A program made the translations under genes and the position numbers. A stretch of DNA of 64,000 nt from Blasia pusilla (lineage: Eukaryota): assembly GCA_050084515.1 (NCBI GenBank), contig CM114271.1:3720001-3784000 (forward strand), given 5' to 3'. The notes below the pieces were generated by a model. The model was not told where the DNA came from, did no database searches, and was given only the letters and a program-made list of their open reading frames with translations. Below, piece after piece: positions 24,290 through 37,470 of the stretch; the first letter of the stretch is position 1, and each line of letters opens with the position of its first letter.

Positions 24290-24890
24290 GGTTCAACTAC
24301 GTAGGGGCTTGTATCTCTTGGAAGTCGCACCATGTGTTAAACTCATGGATGAAAATTTCAAGATCTATGGTGCCTATTGCACCCAAGAAACAACGCATGC
24401 CCTAGTGGCCCATGTTATCTATCTCCCTCCACGTGACACTCTCTCCGTATGCAATCTTGTTACTAGATCCGTTGTATAGTTATGACAATCCAACCATTAA
24501 TGGGAGTTGAGGTAGCTCCTCACTTGAAATCCCTTGGTATCTCAAACCACTACCACTGATCAAACTACCCCGTTCTTCCCAACCTTAAAATAATATCGTG
24601 ATGAAAAACATGCCTCACACACTCAAACGCATAGATTCACTAAGAGTCTCCCACACTCCTCACTAGCTCATTTATGCTAATGCTAATCCTGTGACAACCC
24701 ACTTGGCCTCATGTGCACTCAACATTTAGGCTCACCATGCGCCTCCTAAACTAACTCACCTAAGCTACTTACACTCTCTCTCGGGTCACACACGCGACCC
24801 CTACTTAGGAAAAATGTCATATATCCACAATACGCTACCCATATAAGGAGTCTACACTCGTCACCATCACTACATCCATCTAGCTTAAGC
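24290..24890 (-). mobile_element. Leader and gag N-terminus of the older family-A-like copy
   Basis: Colinear with 21555-22140 (GAAGTCGCACCA..., CACTCGTCACCATC). Confidence 0.8.
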
Positions 24891-24923
24891 TCTACCAATG
24901 TCGTATAGTAAAATCATCCACAA

Positions 24924-26600
24924 TGTAAACTCCTCTATCATTAAGTGTTAGAGAGAGTTTTATTATATAAAGGAAATTAACCTAGGAAAATGAAATTCTT
25001 ATGTTTAAACCTCTTTAAGATGGTTCATTTGTGCGGACCCAACTTGAGAAAAAGAGGTTATAAATAAAAGATGAGATTATAAAGTAAAATAGTGGGGTTG
25101 GTGCTTTAATGAAAGAAAAACAAAAGTAGTCTTGGTTGGTGGTTAGGGTAGTTGGGATAGTTTTGAAGATATGAAGTGAGTAAAGGAGGATATTTTGGAA
25201 GAGATAAGAGGTAATCTACTTATGTCAAAATATGATTGTCTAAGCCTTGAGAGAAAGCCATGTGGCACAAGATAAGATTAGTCATATTTTGTACTCTTGT
25301 GGATCCCTTGTGAGTATATAAAGAGGAGGGACCTTCAAAGGTTCATCATCTTCTACTCCATTTCTTGAGTTCTCGTGTCACTCTTGAATGGATGGCATTG
25401 GGATTTCTTGCTCTTCCAATGAAAGTGGATTATTCTTCTTGGGAGAGTAACTTGACCATGGTCTATTCTTCGAAAGATTTATAGAGTGTGGTATGTGTGG
25501 GGATGAAAGACTTGTCATACTAGAGATAATGGATGGTTTTGGCTTGTTATTTTTCCAATGAGAGTGGATTACCCCTCTTGGGAGAGCAACTCCGCCAAAA
25601 ACCATTATTGAGGAGAGTAGAGGATATTCGTCAACTATGGATAGAGGTGGACCACGAGTTGTACCTGATTTTCCTTTCCTTAACCTGTACCATGTGAAGA
25701 TTCTCTTCGCAGATAGACATTGGTTTACTCGCTATCTAGTTTATCACTTTGGGGAGGCATTCATGAACCAGGTCATGCAATCTTCAACTCGAGTGATTCT
25801 TCCTATTATCACGTATGGGAGGACATGGGATTGTACGTTGTATGTTCTTATATAGCGATCCATGGATGTTAATACGCTTGCTCAAATAGGATTTAATACT
25901 AGTTATGCTATTTTTCTTGTTTAGAAGCGCAAAGTAGTTTACAGAGACTTTATAGTTATGAATTTTGGTTTTCAAGGTTATAAAGAAATGATCGCCTCAG
26001 CTCTACTATTTGCGATTCCTATCGTGAGAGAAGAAAGGGTTTATATAATAATTTTGTATTGAAAAAATGGAATTTCTTATAGAGTTCACCTTGCATCAAC
26101 CACGTCTGCCACAACTAGAAGGTCCGCCCTTACTCAAAGAAAAGCTCTGGACATGACACATGGTGCTTCCATTGAAAGCTCTTTGAGGCATTAGATTGTG
26201 TTTGTAAGTTGGAGTCTAATCAAGATGACTACTTTTGGTACTATTTCATCAATGGGAACTAAGGGAGTGGAGGATCTTCTCCAAACTTTGACAATATTAT
26301 TGAGCCAGCAAAACGGAGTTCACATAGGAGAGCAAAGATCAACAAGGGCTCTCTAAGAGATTGTAAAGAAGTTGGGGAGATTTGATGGGAGGAACATCAC
26401 CAAGCATGTTCGAGAGTACGTTTGTGAGATGGAGGTAAACCGTGTACCCGAAGGTGATGTGGTGTCAAGTTTTGAGTTAGTTGTAATACCAAAAATTCGT
26501 AGTCAAGCAAAAAAGTTGAGAGCAGAAAATCCAACCTCGTATGAGGAGTATGAGCAATTGCTGAAAGGAGAATTCTTCGATGATGATGTGGATGGAGTGC
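24924..26600 (+). mobile_element. Unrelated decayed gypsy-like element: probable LTR, PBS and gag start
   Basis: ...GACATGACACA is followed by TGGTGCTTCCATTGA at 26161 (PBS-like), then gag-like RFDGRNITKHVREYVCEME. The left boundary is a guess. Confidence 0.5.
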
Positions 26601-26794
26601 TCCTACTTGTCCATGCTCTTGATGGGGAAGGGAATAGAGGTGGGGAAGGAAGAAATGGGAATGAAACATAGAGGCAAGTGGGGGAATTAGAAAGTAGGGG
26701 GAGGTGGGGCTCATATGGACAAGTCCTTCCATAGAATGGACCTAAGTCCACGGACACGGACTTTCTCCACATGGAGCCTTGATTTTGAGTGTTT

Positions 26795-26930
26795 GTGATT
26801 TATTGGAGATATTTTGGTACTCGATCATCTCAATGTTTAGATCCCATGAGTGAATATGGTATCTTGTATGTTTGTGGGTGTATTTGATAACAATGATGTA
26901 TGTTGTGTAGCAATGTGTATGCACATGAAA
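26795..26930 (+). repeat. Isolated, decayed family B 3'-terminal segment
   Basis: TTATTGGAGATATTTTGGTACT...TGTATGTTGTGTAGCAATGTGTATGCACATGA is the reverse complement of 27576-27707. Confidence 0.75.
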
Positions 26931-27575
26931 ATTACAATATGTCACTTTCTTGACTCTTTGATGTGCTCCCCATCTCCCTTGTCACCAACCATAATCACAA
27001 GTACTAAACAAGGATCCCACTCCTCCAGGATGCCTTATGATGAATGGTACATGATTTTCCTTTTGTGAGTCAAAGAATTCCAATTATGAGTCTTTTGTGA
27101 CTCAAGTGCAAGATCCCATAGTCGTAAAGTATGATTCTATGTAGCTCTTGCCTACTTTCAATTTGTGAGTAAAACTTGCAATCATGTTTGTAAGTCCATT
27201 GTGAGCTTAGTGCAATTCTCTACAATTGCACTTGTAAAATGGATGTCACGACTCGTAAAAAAATTTGACTCCCAAATTTGAGTCGAGTCGCAATTTACTC
27301 ACAATAGAATCACAAAAAGTGGACTTAGGACTGAAATTATGCCCATGCGAGTACCACTCTCGTTCAACCCATTGGTCGAGTTCTTTCCAAGGTAGAGGAG
27401 GAACTATAAGGGAGCTAGTAAGGACCAACAAGTTAAAGTTGATTTATGAGATTCAAAGGATAGTGGGGGAGCATTTTTAACATGCGTGCATGCATTTTTA
27501 ATGATTGATCTCAATGACTCAAGGTGTGACATAAGCAAAAAGAGTTCCATTTGGTATGTAATGCTACATCGCAAG

Positions 27576-28208
27576 TGTCGTGCGCATACACATTGCTACA
27601 CAACATACATCGCTGTCACCGAACACACACACAAATACGCATGATCCCTATGCTAACTCATGGCATCCAAAAAACGAGACAAGAAGTACCAAAATATCTC
27701 CAATAAAGTAAGATCCAATCTCTCTCTCCACCATCTCACGCCATAGCTCTCAAAGGTGTGCACTCTCTCTCATGTCAAACCAAACCCACTCTCCTAATGA
27801 GAGGCTTGGGTTACACTCACAAGGCAAGGTACCATAGCTCCGCCGCCTCATGCCAAGAGGTTCAACAAAGAGAGAATGAGCTCTCAAGCTCTCTCTCCTT
27901 GAGGTATACCCCTCCCCTCTCCCAAGCTCTCTCCATGGTAACCTATTCTCCCAAGTCACCTCCTTGGCTCTTGACCTGATGTAGGAGGTCAAGGGCCACT
28001 TACCAAAAATAGTAAATAGATCATATACTCAAAATGGTACGTACCTAAAATAATAAGTTGGCTCCAAATGAGCCGAAACAAAGGGGAAACCTGCTATCTC
28101 AGGTTTCCAAGGGCCTCAGCAGGTCACCCTCGACCTACTGGGCGTGTCCTCCACTACTCATGAAGGCGCTCTATTAGATCCCACCGATCTATCCTAAAAG
28201 ACGTGACA
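27576..28208 (-). mobile_element. Family B solo terminal repeat
   Basis: Minus-strand ends TGTCACGTC...GCGCACGACA; perfect 4-bp TSD CAAG (27572-27575 and 28209-28212); matches 28728-29365. Confidence 0.92.
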
Positions 28209-29365
28209 CAAGTTGCAAAAGAGAATATGTGATAAGACTCTCTTATATGTTGGTTTATTCTCAAGTTAGAGTTTTTGTTGGCTCCATTACTTAGAGGTAG
28301 TGGAGGGATTGTGCACGAGGCAACCATGGTGAGGATTGCTGAGTTGGAGCAACACCGTGAGACACTCATGATCCAACAAACATCCAAATTATGTAAGTGA
28401 AGAACATTGAATTTTGTATGTGCCTATGCACATGACATAAAAAATCTAGGAGGCATGGGATTTCTTTGTAAGATCACACAAATGGATGTAGATGTAGTGA
28501 TGAATCTAAGCACGTTAAGGGCATCCAAGTCACAAGGATGTAAAGTACAGTTTGATCCATTGAGAGGAGAAAGTGGCAAGCATGTCACACTTCCTTAATC
28601 TTTTCATTGTGAAAGGCTCTTTGAACATTGTCAATGGACATTGTCAATGGACCCTTAATGACCTCTTCATAGTGTTGTTATCTTTACATGCAAATATATT
28701 GAGAGGATCGAGTGAGATGATTACGTTTGTCGTGCGCTTACACATCGCTACACAACATATATCACTATCATCGAATATACCCACAAACACGCACGATTCC
28801 ATGCTAACTCATGGCATCCAAACAACGAGACGAGAAGTACCAAAATATCTCCAAGAAATCAAGTAGATCTCACATCAGATCTCTCACACCAAACTCTCAA
28901 TGGTGTGCATTCTCTTTCATGTCAAACCAAACCCATTCTCCTAATGAGAGGCTTGGGTTACACACACAAGGCAACCAAGACCATAGCTCTGCCGCCTCAT
29001 GCCAAGAGGTTCAACAAAGAGAGAATGATCTCTCAAGCTCTCTCTCTTGGAGGTATACCCCCTTCCCTCTCCCAAGCTCTCTCCTCGGTAACCTATGCTC
29101 GCAAGTCACTTCCTTGGCTCTTGATTTGCTGTAGCAGATCAAGGGCCACTTCCTAAAGTGGAAAGTAAACTATATTCCAAATATAAACTTACCCTAAACA
29201 GTAAGTTTCTCTATATGGTTCCAAATGAACCGAAACAAAAGGGAAACCTGCTCTCTCAAGATACCCGTGGCCTCAGCAGATCATCCTCAACATCGTGAGG
29301 CTGTCCTCTAGTATCTCTAAAGGCGATCTACTAGATCTCGCTGATCTATCCTAAAAATCGTGACA

Positions 29366-29592
29366 AGATCCAACATTCGAATATCCTCCTCTGGGATACA
29401 CCACACAATCGAGGTGGTGTCCAAAGGGATCATAGTAGCACTCGTGGCTACCTCGGGTTCCTTTGACCAGTCACGCTTGGGTGCAAATTCCTGACTCCAC
29501 GCCGTCTGTACGTGCTCATCAGATAAACGTCGGAGCTCCTCGCTCGAGCCCAACAGCGGCACCTCTCCTCCATAGAATGATGCTACTACCAT
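29366..29592 (-). pseudogene. Family B linker and the start of DNMT motif I
   Basis: PLLGSSEELRRLSDEHVQTAWSQEF..IPLDTTSIVWCIPEEDIRMLDL aligns with family A PLWGTTRELQRSVDDLVRQAWSHAF..TPLDTTPVVWQCPEEGVRVLDLF. Confidence 0.8.
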
Positions 29593-29699
29593 AACACTCC
29601 TCTCCCTAGAAGTGTCAAGCGCGGGGGTGTCTCCATGGACATGCCCCTAAATCAAATTAGAAGGCCACTAGATGGCGCTCATGAATGCTGCTAAAGTCA

Positions 29700-30595
29700 C
29701 AATCTCTCTCGTGGTGCCATAGACTTATCTCGGAATCCACGTTGCTGCACTGGTGGTGCAGGCAATCGTGACTGCTCTTGCCTAGAACTTATGGTGGCTA
29801 CGCTCTCCTCCGCCATGTCGTGCTCAATGTTTTTGGCGGTCCTAAAAACATCTCTCAACGTGGGTGAGATGTTCATAAGAAGCACCCCCTCCCGCACCCG
29901 TGTCCGCAGGGTTCGATTCAGCATCACGTACCATAACTGGATATCCTATGACTGTGTCACCCTTGAATGATGTTCATCAACCGGTGCAAGCAAGTGTAGG
30001 CCTCACGCAAACTCTCACCCGGGCGCCTCTCGAAGTCGTGGATGCTCCGCAACTTCTCAGTCCGTACCCCCTTGTAGCTCGTCCTCAACTCCGCAAAGAA
30101 CTCAACCACGGGGTTGAACCTGGGACGAACCCGAATGGACGGTAAAACTACTCCAGTGCAAGCTACCCCTCCTAAAACATCACTGGTGGAAGAGGAAGTA
30201 GTCTCTCTTGAATCCTCCTCCTCATCTGGGAACGGCTCCGTCCATGACACATAATGTGGGTCATAGTAGAGTCGCCATGCCTCAATCTCCTTTGCATATC
30301 TGTGGGAGAACTCATGGTAATCGTCCATGGGCGCTCCCTCCAAATACTAGAACGTACCGTTCCATGGTGTAAACAAGTTGAACTCTCTAGAGTTCCTAGC
30401 CCGCTGTGAGTCACACCAACTCCTAAACTCCACAATGAAGTCGTGTAACTCTATAGTGCCTTTAGCACCCGAAAACCTTCGCGGTCCTCTACCTCGGTCA
30501 TCCATTTCATACGCCCAACTGGTAGGACCACTCACGGTGTGCGGTGATGCACCAACAAACTCATATACACTCTCCCTCTCGTCTGAAGATGACAC
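29700..30595 (-). pseudogene. gag of family B
   Basis: MDDRGRGPRRFSGAKGTIELHDFIVEFRSWCD, EGAPMDDYHEF and FERRPGESLREAY are homologous to family A gag; interrupted by stops. Confidence 0.82.
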
Positions 30596-33500
30596 AGAAG
30601 GAGATCGAGGTGGTCTCTCACGTGGAGACCCTCGAAACCTCGTGCCACTCCGCGTGAACCCTCTATAGCTACTCTCATGTCCACCACCTCGCCTCTCAAA
30701 GTCCCGAAAGGACGCCGTGATGACCCTCGTGCCTCTCTCACACGATCACTCTCAATCCCGCAAGTAATCACTCAAACTAAATATACGACACTCAATCTAC
30801 ACTCTCTCATTGAGACGTGTGTTGTGCGGCAACAAGCGGCATGGTGCGGTAATCGGCTACTGTCCTATCATCTCATCGACAGGACATATCCTCAACTGTG
30901 GACATCCCACACATGTCTATGTCTCCTAAACCCATACATCAACGATGCTCTCAACATCTGCACGAAACCCAATATCCCCAAATAACTACCCAATATCCGG
31001 AAATCCCTAATACGTGTAGGGCAAAAAATCAGAATGGGTAACCTGACAACAAATGTCGATGTCGCTCCTCGAAAATTGCAAACTCGATCCCAACTTGGTG
31101 TGAAGACAAACTCCTCCAAACAACAAGTACCACTCCCCTGACGATGCTCAAATCTCCTCGATGTGCGGTGGAGGTCCAGCGTACGGTGAGGCATTGGCAG
31201 CATGAAACGGCTACAAACGGCAAGGCACTAGGAAATGGGATACGGCACTTGGCGGCATACCCTCCTTAATCAACCAAACATAATCTACTCCAATGATGGT
31301 GTGGCTCCCTGATTGAGACGGTGCGGTGCGGCCACAATCGGCGGCACGTTGCGACTACGGTACTCAATCGTCGTCAAACGACACACAATTATGACCCCAT
31401 CAATCCAAAAAGATAACATGTCATCAATGTCAAAGCTGTGGCCGGCAACTGTGAGGCGGCGGCGGCCGAACTGTTGTAGATGACGTGTACGGACCGTTGA
31501 TAGTAGAACGATCGTCAATTGACTAACAGCGCTGGTAGACGGTGTCGGACGGGAATGGACGGCCGTCCGTCGGACAGAAGCAGCTGGTCAAAGACAAAAC
31601 TGCGCAGTCGATTCAGATGCTGGAGTGTCTGCCGGCCGGAGAGCGTGGCAACTTCAGGCAACGTCGCGGTCAGTGCCGGGTAGACGGACCGCGGCTAGGG
31701 TTGCGGCTAAGGCGCCCACGGCTGAACGGATGGTGGCTAGGCCAAAACGGCATCATTTAACCGGGCCAGCTCCGGAAACTACGGCTACGGGTCTTGCAGT
31801 CTTCGGCTACGGCTACGGATACGGGGGCAAAAGGGGGGGAAAACGCACTACAGGGGCGCAGCAAGGCAGTAGAGCTGCGTGGCTAAGCGGCAAGTTGAGG
31901 GCCGAGCTAGCTAGTTGGGTCGCCGCAAGGCGGCAAGGATTTATAGCGGCTGCTGTCAGGAGCGGGTACCATAGCTAAACGCGACCCTTTCTAAAAGGGG
32001 ATTTTGTTTTTTAAGGCAGGACCCGGATGGCTAAGGGACGCGGCGGAGGCGGACCAGCAAGAACCATGGCTGGTCGGAAGCGACGACCTCGCGGTGGCTC
32101 CGCGACAACAGTGGGCTGGCAACGTATGCGCTCCAACCTCGGTTAAGGCAGCGTGAACTGCGGCTCGCCAAGACTACGTTGTTGACACTTAACTTGATCA
32201 CCCCCTACAAGCTGGCGTAGTATTTTGTCTCTAACTAGGAATTCCCCCCACAAATAGGGTCAACTCCCTAACATGACTTCCACTTGCCATTCACCCTCAA
32301 CTTAAAACTTATTCTTTGTCCTATCCAATACAATAAAAGGCTTTTTTATTTCTGTATCCCTCACGAAAGGAGTTACCAAAGGTTTTGAAATTACTTCTCC
32401 CACCCGGTGGCACACTGGGTTGGACACTGGGTATGGCAGCTTGCTAAAACTGTCATAACTTCATGCTCCAATGATGAAATTGTGCACCGTTTTTTCAGGA
32501 GCGTACACAGATTTTTGATCTACGACCTAACCAAGTTTGTTTCTTCATTCAACCTTCCAATAAAAACTGACGGGGACTTTTGTGCAACTCCTTATCTCTT
32601 TATCCTACGCAAAATTTGGCAGCTCTTCCGTGCTGATTTCTCCCAAAAAAATCGGAAACCTGTGAAAACAAAAATCAGAGAGCTACATGGAGCAACCCGC
32701 CCCCATACTCAATCTCTAATGAAAATTGGGCAACGCTTCCGCGTGCCACTCTTCCACACGAAAAATCAACAAAGGAATTAGCTCCCGTGAGCACTCTCAT
32801 GAGCCACTGAACGGGAAACACAGTCCCCAACCTGCACCAACAGCAAGTGACCAGCGAGCTCCTCCATTCAGGCTCTCTCAATCTCTCTTTGTAAATCAAG
32901 TAGATCTCTTACATCATCTCACACAAGGTTCTCCATGGTGTGCACTCTCTCTTATGTCAAACCAAACCCACTCTCCTAATGATAGGCTTGGGTTACACAC
33001 ACAAGGCAAGCAAGACCATAGCTCCGCCGCCTCATGCCAAGAGGTTCAACAAAGAGAGAATGAGCTCTCAATCTCTCTCTCTTGGAGGTATAACCCCTTC
33101 CCTCTCCCAAACCCTCTCCACGATAACCTATGCTCGTAGGTCACCTCCTTGGCTCTTGACCTGCTGTAGCGGTTCAAGGGACACTTCCCAAAGTGTAAAG
33201 TCAACTATATTCCAAATGGAAACTTACCTAAAATAGTAAGTATCTCTATATGACTCAAAATCAGCCAAAACAAAGGGGAAACCTACTCTCTCAGGTGATC
33301 CGTAGCCTCAACAAGTCATCCTCGAACTCATGAGGCTATCCTCCAGTATCTCTGAAGGCGCTCTACTAGATCTCGCCGATCTATTCTAAAAGACGTGACA
33401 CGTCTGTGAGCATCAAGGAGAATGGTATGGGAGGGCTGGACCTCTTATGAGAGGCCTTTCCTTAATGACCATGCATATCTTATTTCATTAGAGGATAAGA

Positions 33501-36500
33501 GGTAGTTGAGGGAGAGCACATAATATACCCCACACCAATAGTTACCTATTCTTAGAGTGATAACCTTTGCACATAGGTTACTATGGAGTTGGTCATGGGG
33601 GATAGACCCTTCAAGAGGCTCGATTGGAGTTGATATTTAGATATGAAACCCTAAGAATAGAATCCATGGTGCATTGCAACAAGGTAATGTTGGCATATTG
33701 AGCTTGGAGTCTCTTTAGTGGATTATGATTTATGTTGAGCTCACGTATTGATATGTATTTGTTGTGTTTTTTTTTTCACTCGGATCTCTTTATTGAATGA
33801 CATATATATGTAGTACATTTGAGCCACATAGGGTATAAATGTAGTGCTAGAACATTGGACGGTATTAGCCTTTAAGAGAATTTTTTATTTCTAAATATTT
33901 GAATTCAACATCAAAGATTACATAGCATATTTTCATTGGGTGTGTCTTATTGGACACATATAAATCCTCTAGGATTCATATGATAGATGGATCTTAAACA
34001 TGTGTTGTTGACAAGTAATATTTGTTGGTTAGTGATGTATTCTTGCACTACACCTACTACAAATATTAAAAACTTCTAACAAATATCTTCTTGTCAATGC
34101 TATTTAACCTGGATTTTGTGAAGTCTCTTTCCAAATGTGAGGATATTTTTTCTCAATTTGCATTGATTTGTTTTAGTAGTGGTCAAATTTTGCTTCCAAA
34201 ATAAACACAAGTTTGCTCCAATCTTGCCACTTACTCCATTGCCTCTTATATTAGGCAAGTGGTCTACTCCATGAAGAGGTTATCTCATATTTGCACATAA
34301 CCTAGCTCTTATACCATATTAGAAAAAAGAAGAAGGAATCACAATCATAAATACAAGGTGAGGAATGAACAAAAGACACAATTAGGATATGAAGGGAGGG
34401 AGTGCATATACATCTTCACTCCTATTGGTTGTGAGCTTTGGTGCATCCCTAAGAGATTACAAATGTGGATTGACACTACACACGTGGTTCATTCCTATCC
34501 TCCTGATTTTACTTGTGATGAAATGCATCCTAATATATATTATTATTGGAGAGTCTCTCTTCACTTTGAAATCTCCTTTTGACATATCATTTTTAATCAA
34601 TAAAATTGCTCGCTCAAAATTATACATCATTGCATCATACCTACACCAGCTTGTTACTCTAAGAGCACAATAGGAAATAGGAGACTTATATGTTCACTCA
34701 TGAAATATCGAGCACACGTCACAAATGGGAGGCTTCATGTCCACTATCAACACCTTGCGATAAACATTGATGCAATCTATTAAATTTTGAAGAGTGGATA
34801 GCATGGCAGTTACAAACTGCATTTCGTAGGTGCTTAACTTACACCTCACTTACAAGCTTTGTAATGACAACGGCTCACTCCAAATTTATGCCTAATCTAA
34901 GACTCTAGTCGGCATGAGACTTATTCTAAGGCCATCCACAAGTTGTGGGAGGGCATTTGATGGCTAAAGCTCACACCTGAAAATGTTTATATGCTATGGG
35001 AGGGATGCTCTTAACCATAGCGGTTACTTCTGGTGTTAAATGAAAGGCTGCTAAGTATCCGTTTCGTTCAGTTAAAAGAATTCTTGAGTTAAGCGCACAC
35101 ATCGGCGATCGGCCCTTAAGTCACCGTCCCTGGGAAGTCATCTGTTTAGTGACGGAGGTACCCGACGACTCACTCCGATTTCATTCCGATGGACGCGCTG
35201 CTCTGGCTATCTTTCCAAGTGCACTAGTATTCCAAGTGAAGTTAGTTAGACTTGTTCCGGTTGCCTCTAAGGTGACAACTTCGGCTTAGGGCACACCGTA
35301 ATCAGGAGCGTCTAATTAATAATTTTCAGTCGGTGGTGGGGCCGGACGAGTCGGCAGTGCGTTTGCGTACGTGCGTGCATGCATGCGATGGAATCGGAAG
35401 AGCGCGTGCTGCAGGGCAGGGAAGATCGGAGGACTCGGTTAGTGACGGTCCGCGATATGTCGCGTACAGATGCTGAAACGCCTTACGCCTACGGAATATG
35501 GAACAGGCGCCGACGGTCGCCCCAGGTGTGAGTCTTGAGAGAGTGGAAAAAGATCCCCCCGGGAGCAGCTCCGTCCGTTCAATCACCGCGTGACGTGGGA
35601 AGGAGTCCGAGCGCAGTCCGTGCGGATAGGGTGACTCAACCCTCTGTCTGGCACGCAGGAGCGTCTGGAACCGCAGTTAGTTCGGAAGTCGCCGGCAAGA
35701 TCCCCGACCACCTTCAAAACACAGCAGACGCCAACAGTTCACGAAACGCGGAAGAAGGTGACGCACGCACGCACGAGAGAGAGAGAGAGAGAGACGAGCA
35801 CAAGGTTTGCACTATCCACCGTGATCGGAGCTCCCTGACACGCAAGAGCTTACGACCTTGTGCTTGTGCGCTATGGTGGTGAGTCTCCATCGTCTCATGA
35901 GTAGACAAACCGCAGGTGAAAACGGATGGTTGATGCAAAACTCCCAGGTGAGAAGCTGATCTGTCAGATTGTGGATCCCATCGTTGAGTGCTCTGGTCTC
36001 CTGAAGATGGATGGCCCAGGCATGAAAGAAGCACAACTTCATTATTTATATATGAACAAGAGTCTTTTATTTTTTTAAAACAATTCAATGAATGAATGAC
36101 GAATCTGCGCCATTCAGCATTAAGAAGCTCGCAGTGAGAGAGTGCAGCCGAGTTCAGAATCACGCGGCTGAGGAAAAGAAGTAGGTCCATTTGGGTGTAG
36201 CAGGGCCTTTTCCTTCTTCATTTTATGAGGCCCTGGACCTTCGCGGCTGATCACACTACACTACCTACCTACCAGTCCCAATCTTGGAAAAATGTTGTGA
36301 ACATAATATAGATGGCAAGAAAGAAAACGCGGAAGATGCTCACCTGAAGCATAAGCACTCTGAGTTACGGGCCTGCGCGCGGATCGGAGCAGGCAGGACG
36401 ACGCAAGAGAGGGTGAGCAACAGAACTTCTGGACAAACATGGCGCTGGAGGATAGATAGCAGCAACGCCATCGTCACCACGACCGCCACCATCATCAACC

Positions 36501-37470
36501 CACTAAGAAGACCTCACGCTATTCCGATTCAACGATGCGACGACTGCAGCAAGAAGTGCAAGAGGAAAGAAAAATGAATGGCAAGAAGCAGGCAGGGACT
36601 ATGATTTGGGTGGAAGAAGTTTCTGTGGCCGGATTTGGATTCAATTGCTTCAAGAAACCTGTCCAGAGGTTCCCACCTGCCTGGGCGTACACACAATATG
36701 AGGGATTATTCCATGGTTCTGTACCGTCAATCTCTGGCAGGACTATCGAACTCAAAAGAGCTAGCTGACTGATCTAGTTCGACTACTTGAAAGAGGCGGA
36801 GAGAGGAGATGTCAGCTTAGACGACCTATATGGAATCGTAGGACGACGACTTCTTGTGCTCTATCTCGTCTTGTCAATGGTGCTCTGCAGACCTGACTTG
36901 TATAGAAACCGACATCTCCCGTGCAGTTCTCGGTGCTTCCTCGTAGTGAGGGGCGTCGCCCTTCCGCTCTCATCGTCACAGCATTGTTCCCACAAACCTA
37001 TCGCTGCTGTTCTGGACTACGAATGTGAGTAGACGAATACAAGGGGAGGGCGGTTTCGGGCAGAGACACTAGAGGCCGAGGAGGACCTACTGGGATTTAA
37101 TTAATTTACATGGAACTGCAAAGCTCGTCTTTAGTCTACAAGGACGGACCTCTTCGGATAAAGTCACATCCATGTGTCGGTACCATATCCTCTGCCTCGG
37201 GCTATGTGTAGCAAAAGTCTCTTATGTTTTCATCGATGGGCCCAAGAGGCTAGATGCTGGCGTAAAAGTGTTCCGCACAATCGCTGCCAGTTTTCGGGGT
37301 GCCACGGAGTCTACTGCTACGCCATGAGGCTCATGAGTGGGCTCGGCTCCTTTTACTCGAACACACAAAATGGAGCTCAAAAAGTGGTCGAACAATCTTC
37401 CGCAGCTAGAAAAGGGACAAATCGAAAGGAAAAGGAAAATCCAGGCAGCAAGTGTTACCATTCTGGCAGA

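Larger units (their letters stand above)
28728..33400 (-). mobile_element. Family B gypsy-type element, internally deleted (5' repeat 33400-32893, gag, pre-DNMT linker, 3' repeat 29365-28728)
   Basis: Direct terminal repeats; flanks CGTT/CGTC (TSD with 1 mismatch); gag homologous to family A; linker ends WCIPEEDIRMLDL. Confidence 0.88.

Noticed and set aside
35775-35870. miR156/529/535-like precursor
   Set aside because: Only a ~12-bp stem next to a GA microsatellite; no match to a mature miRNA I recognise.
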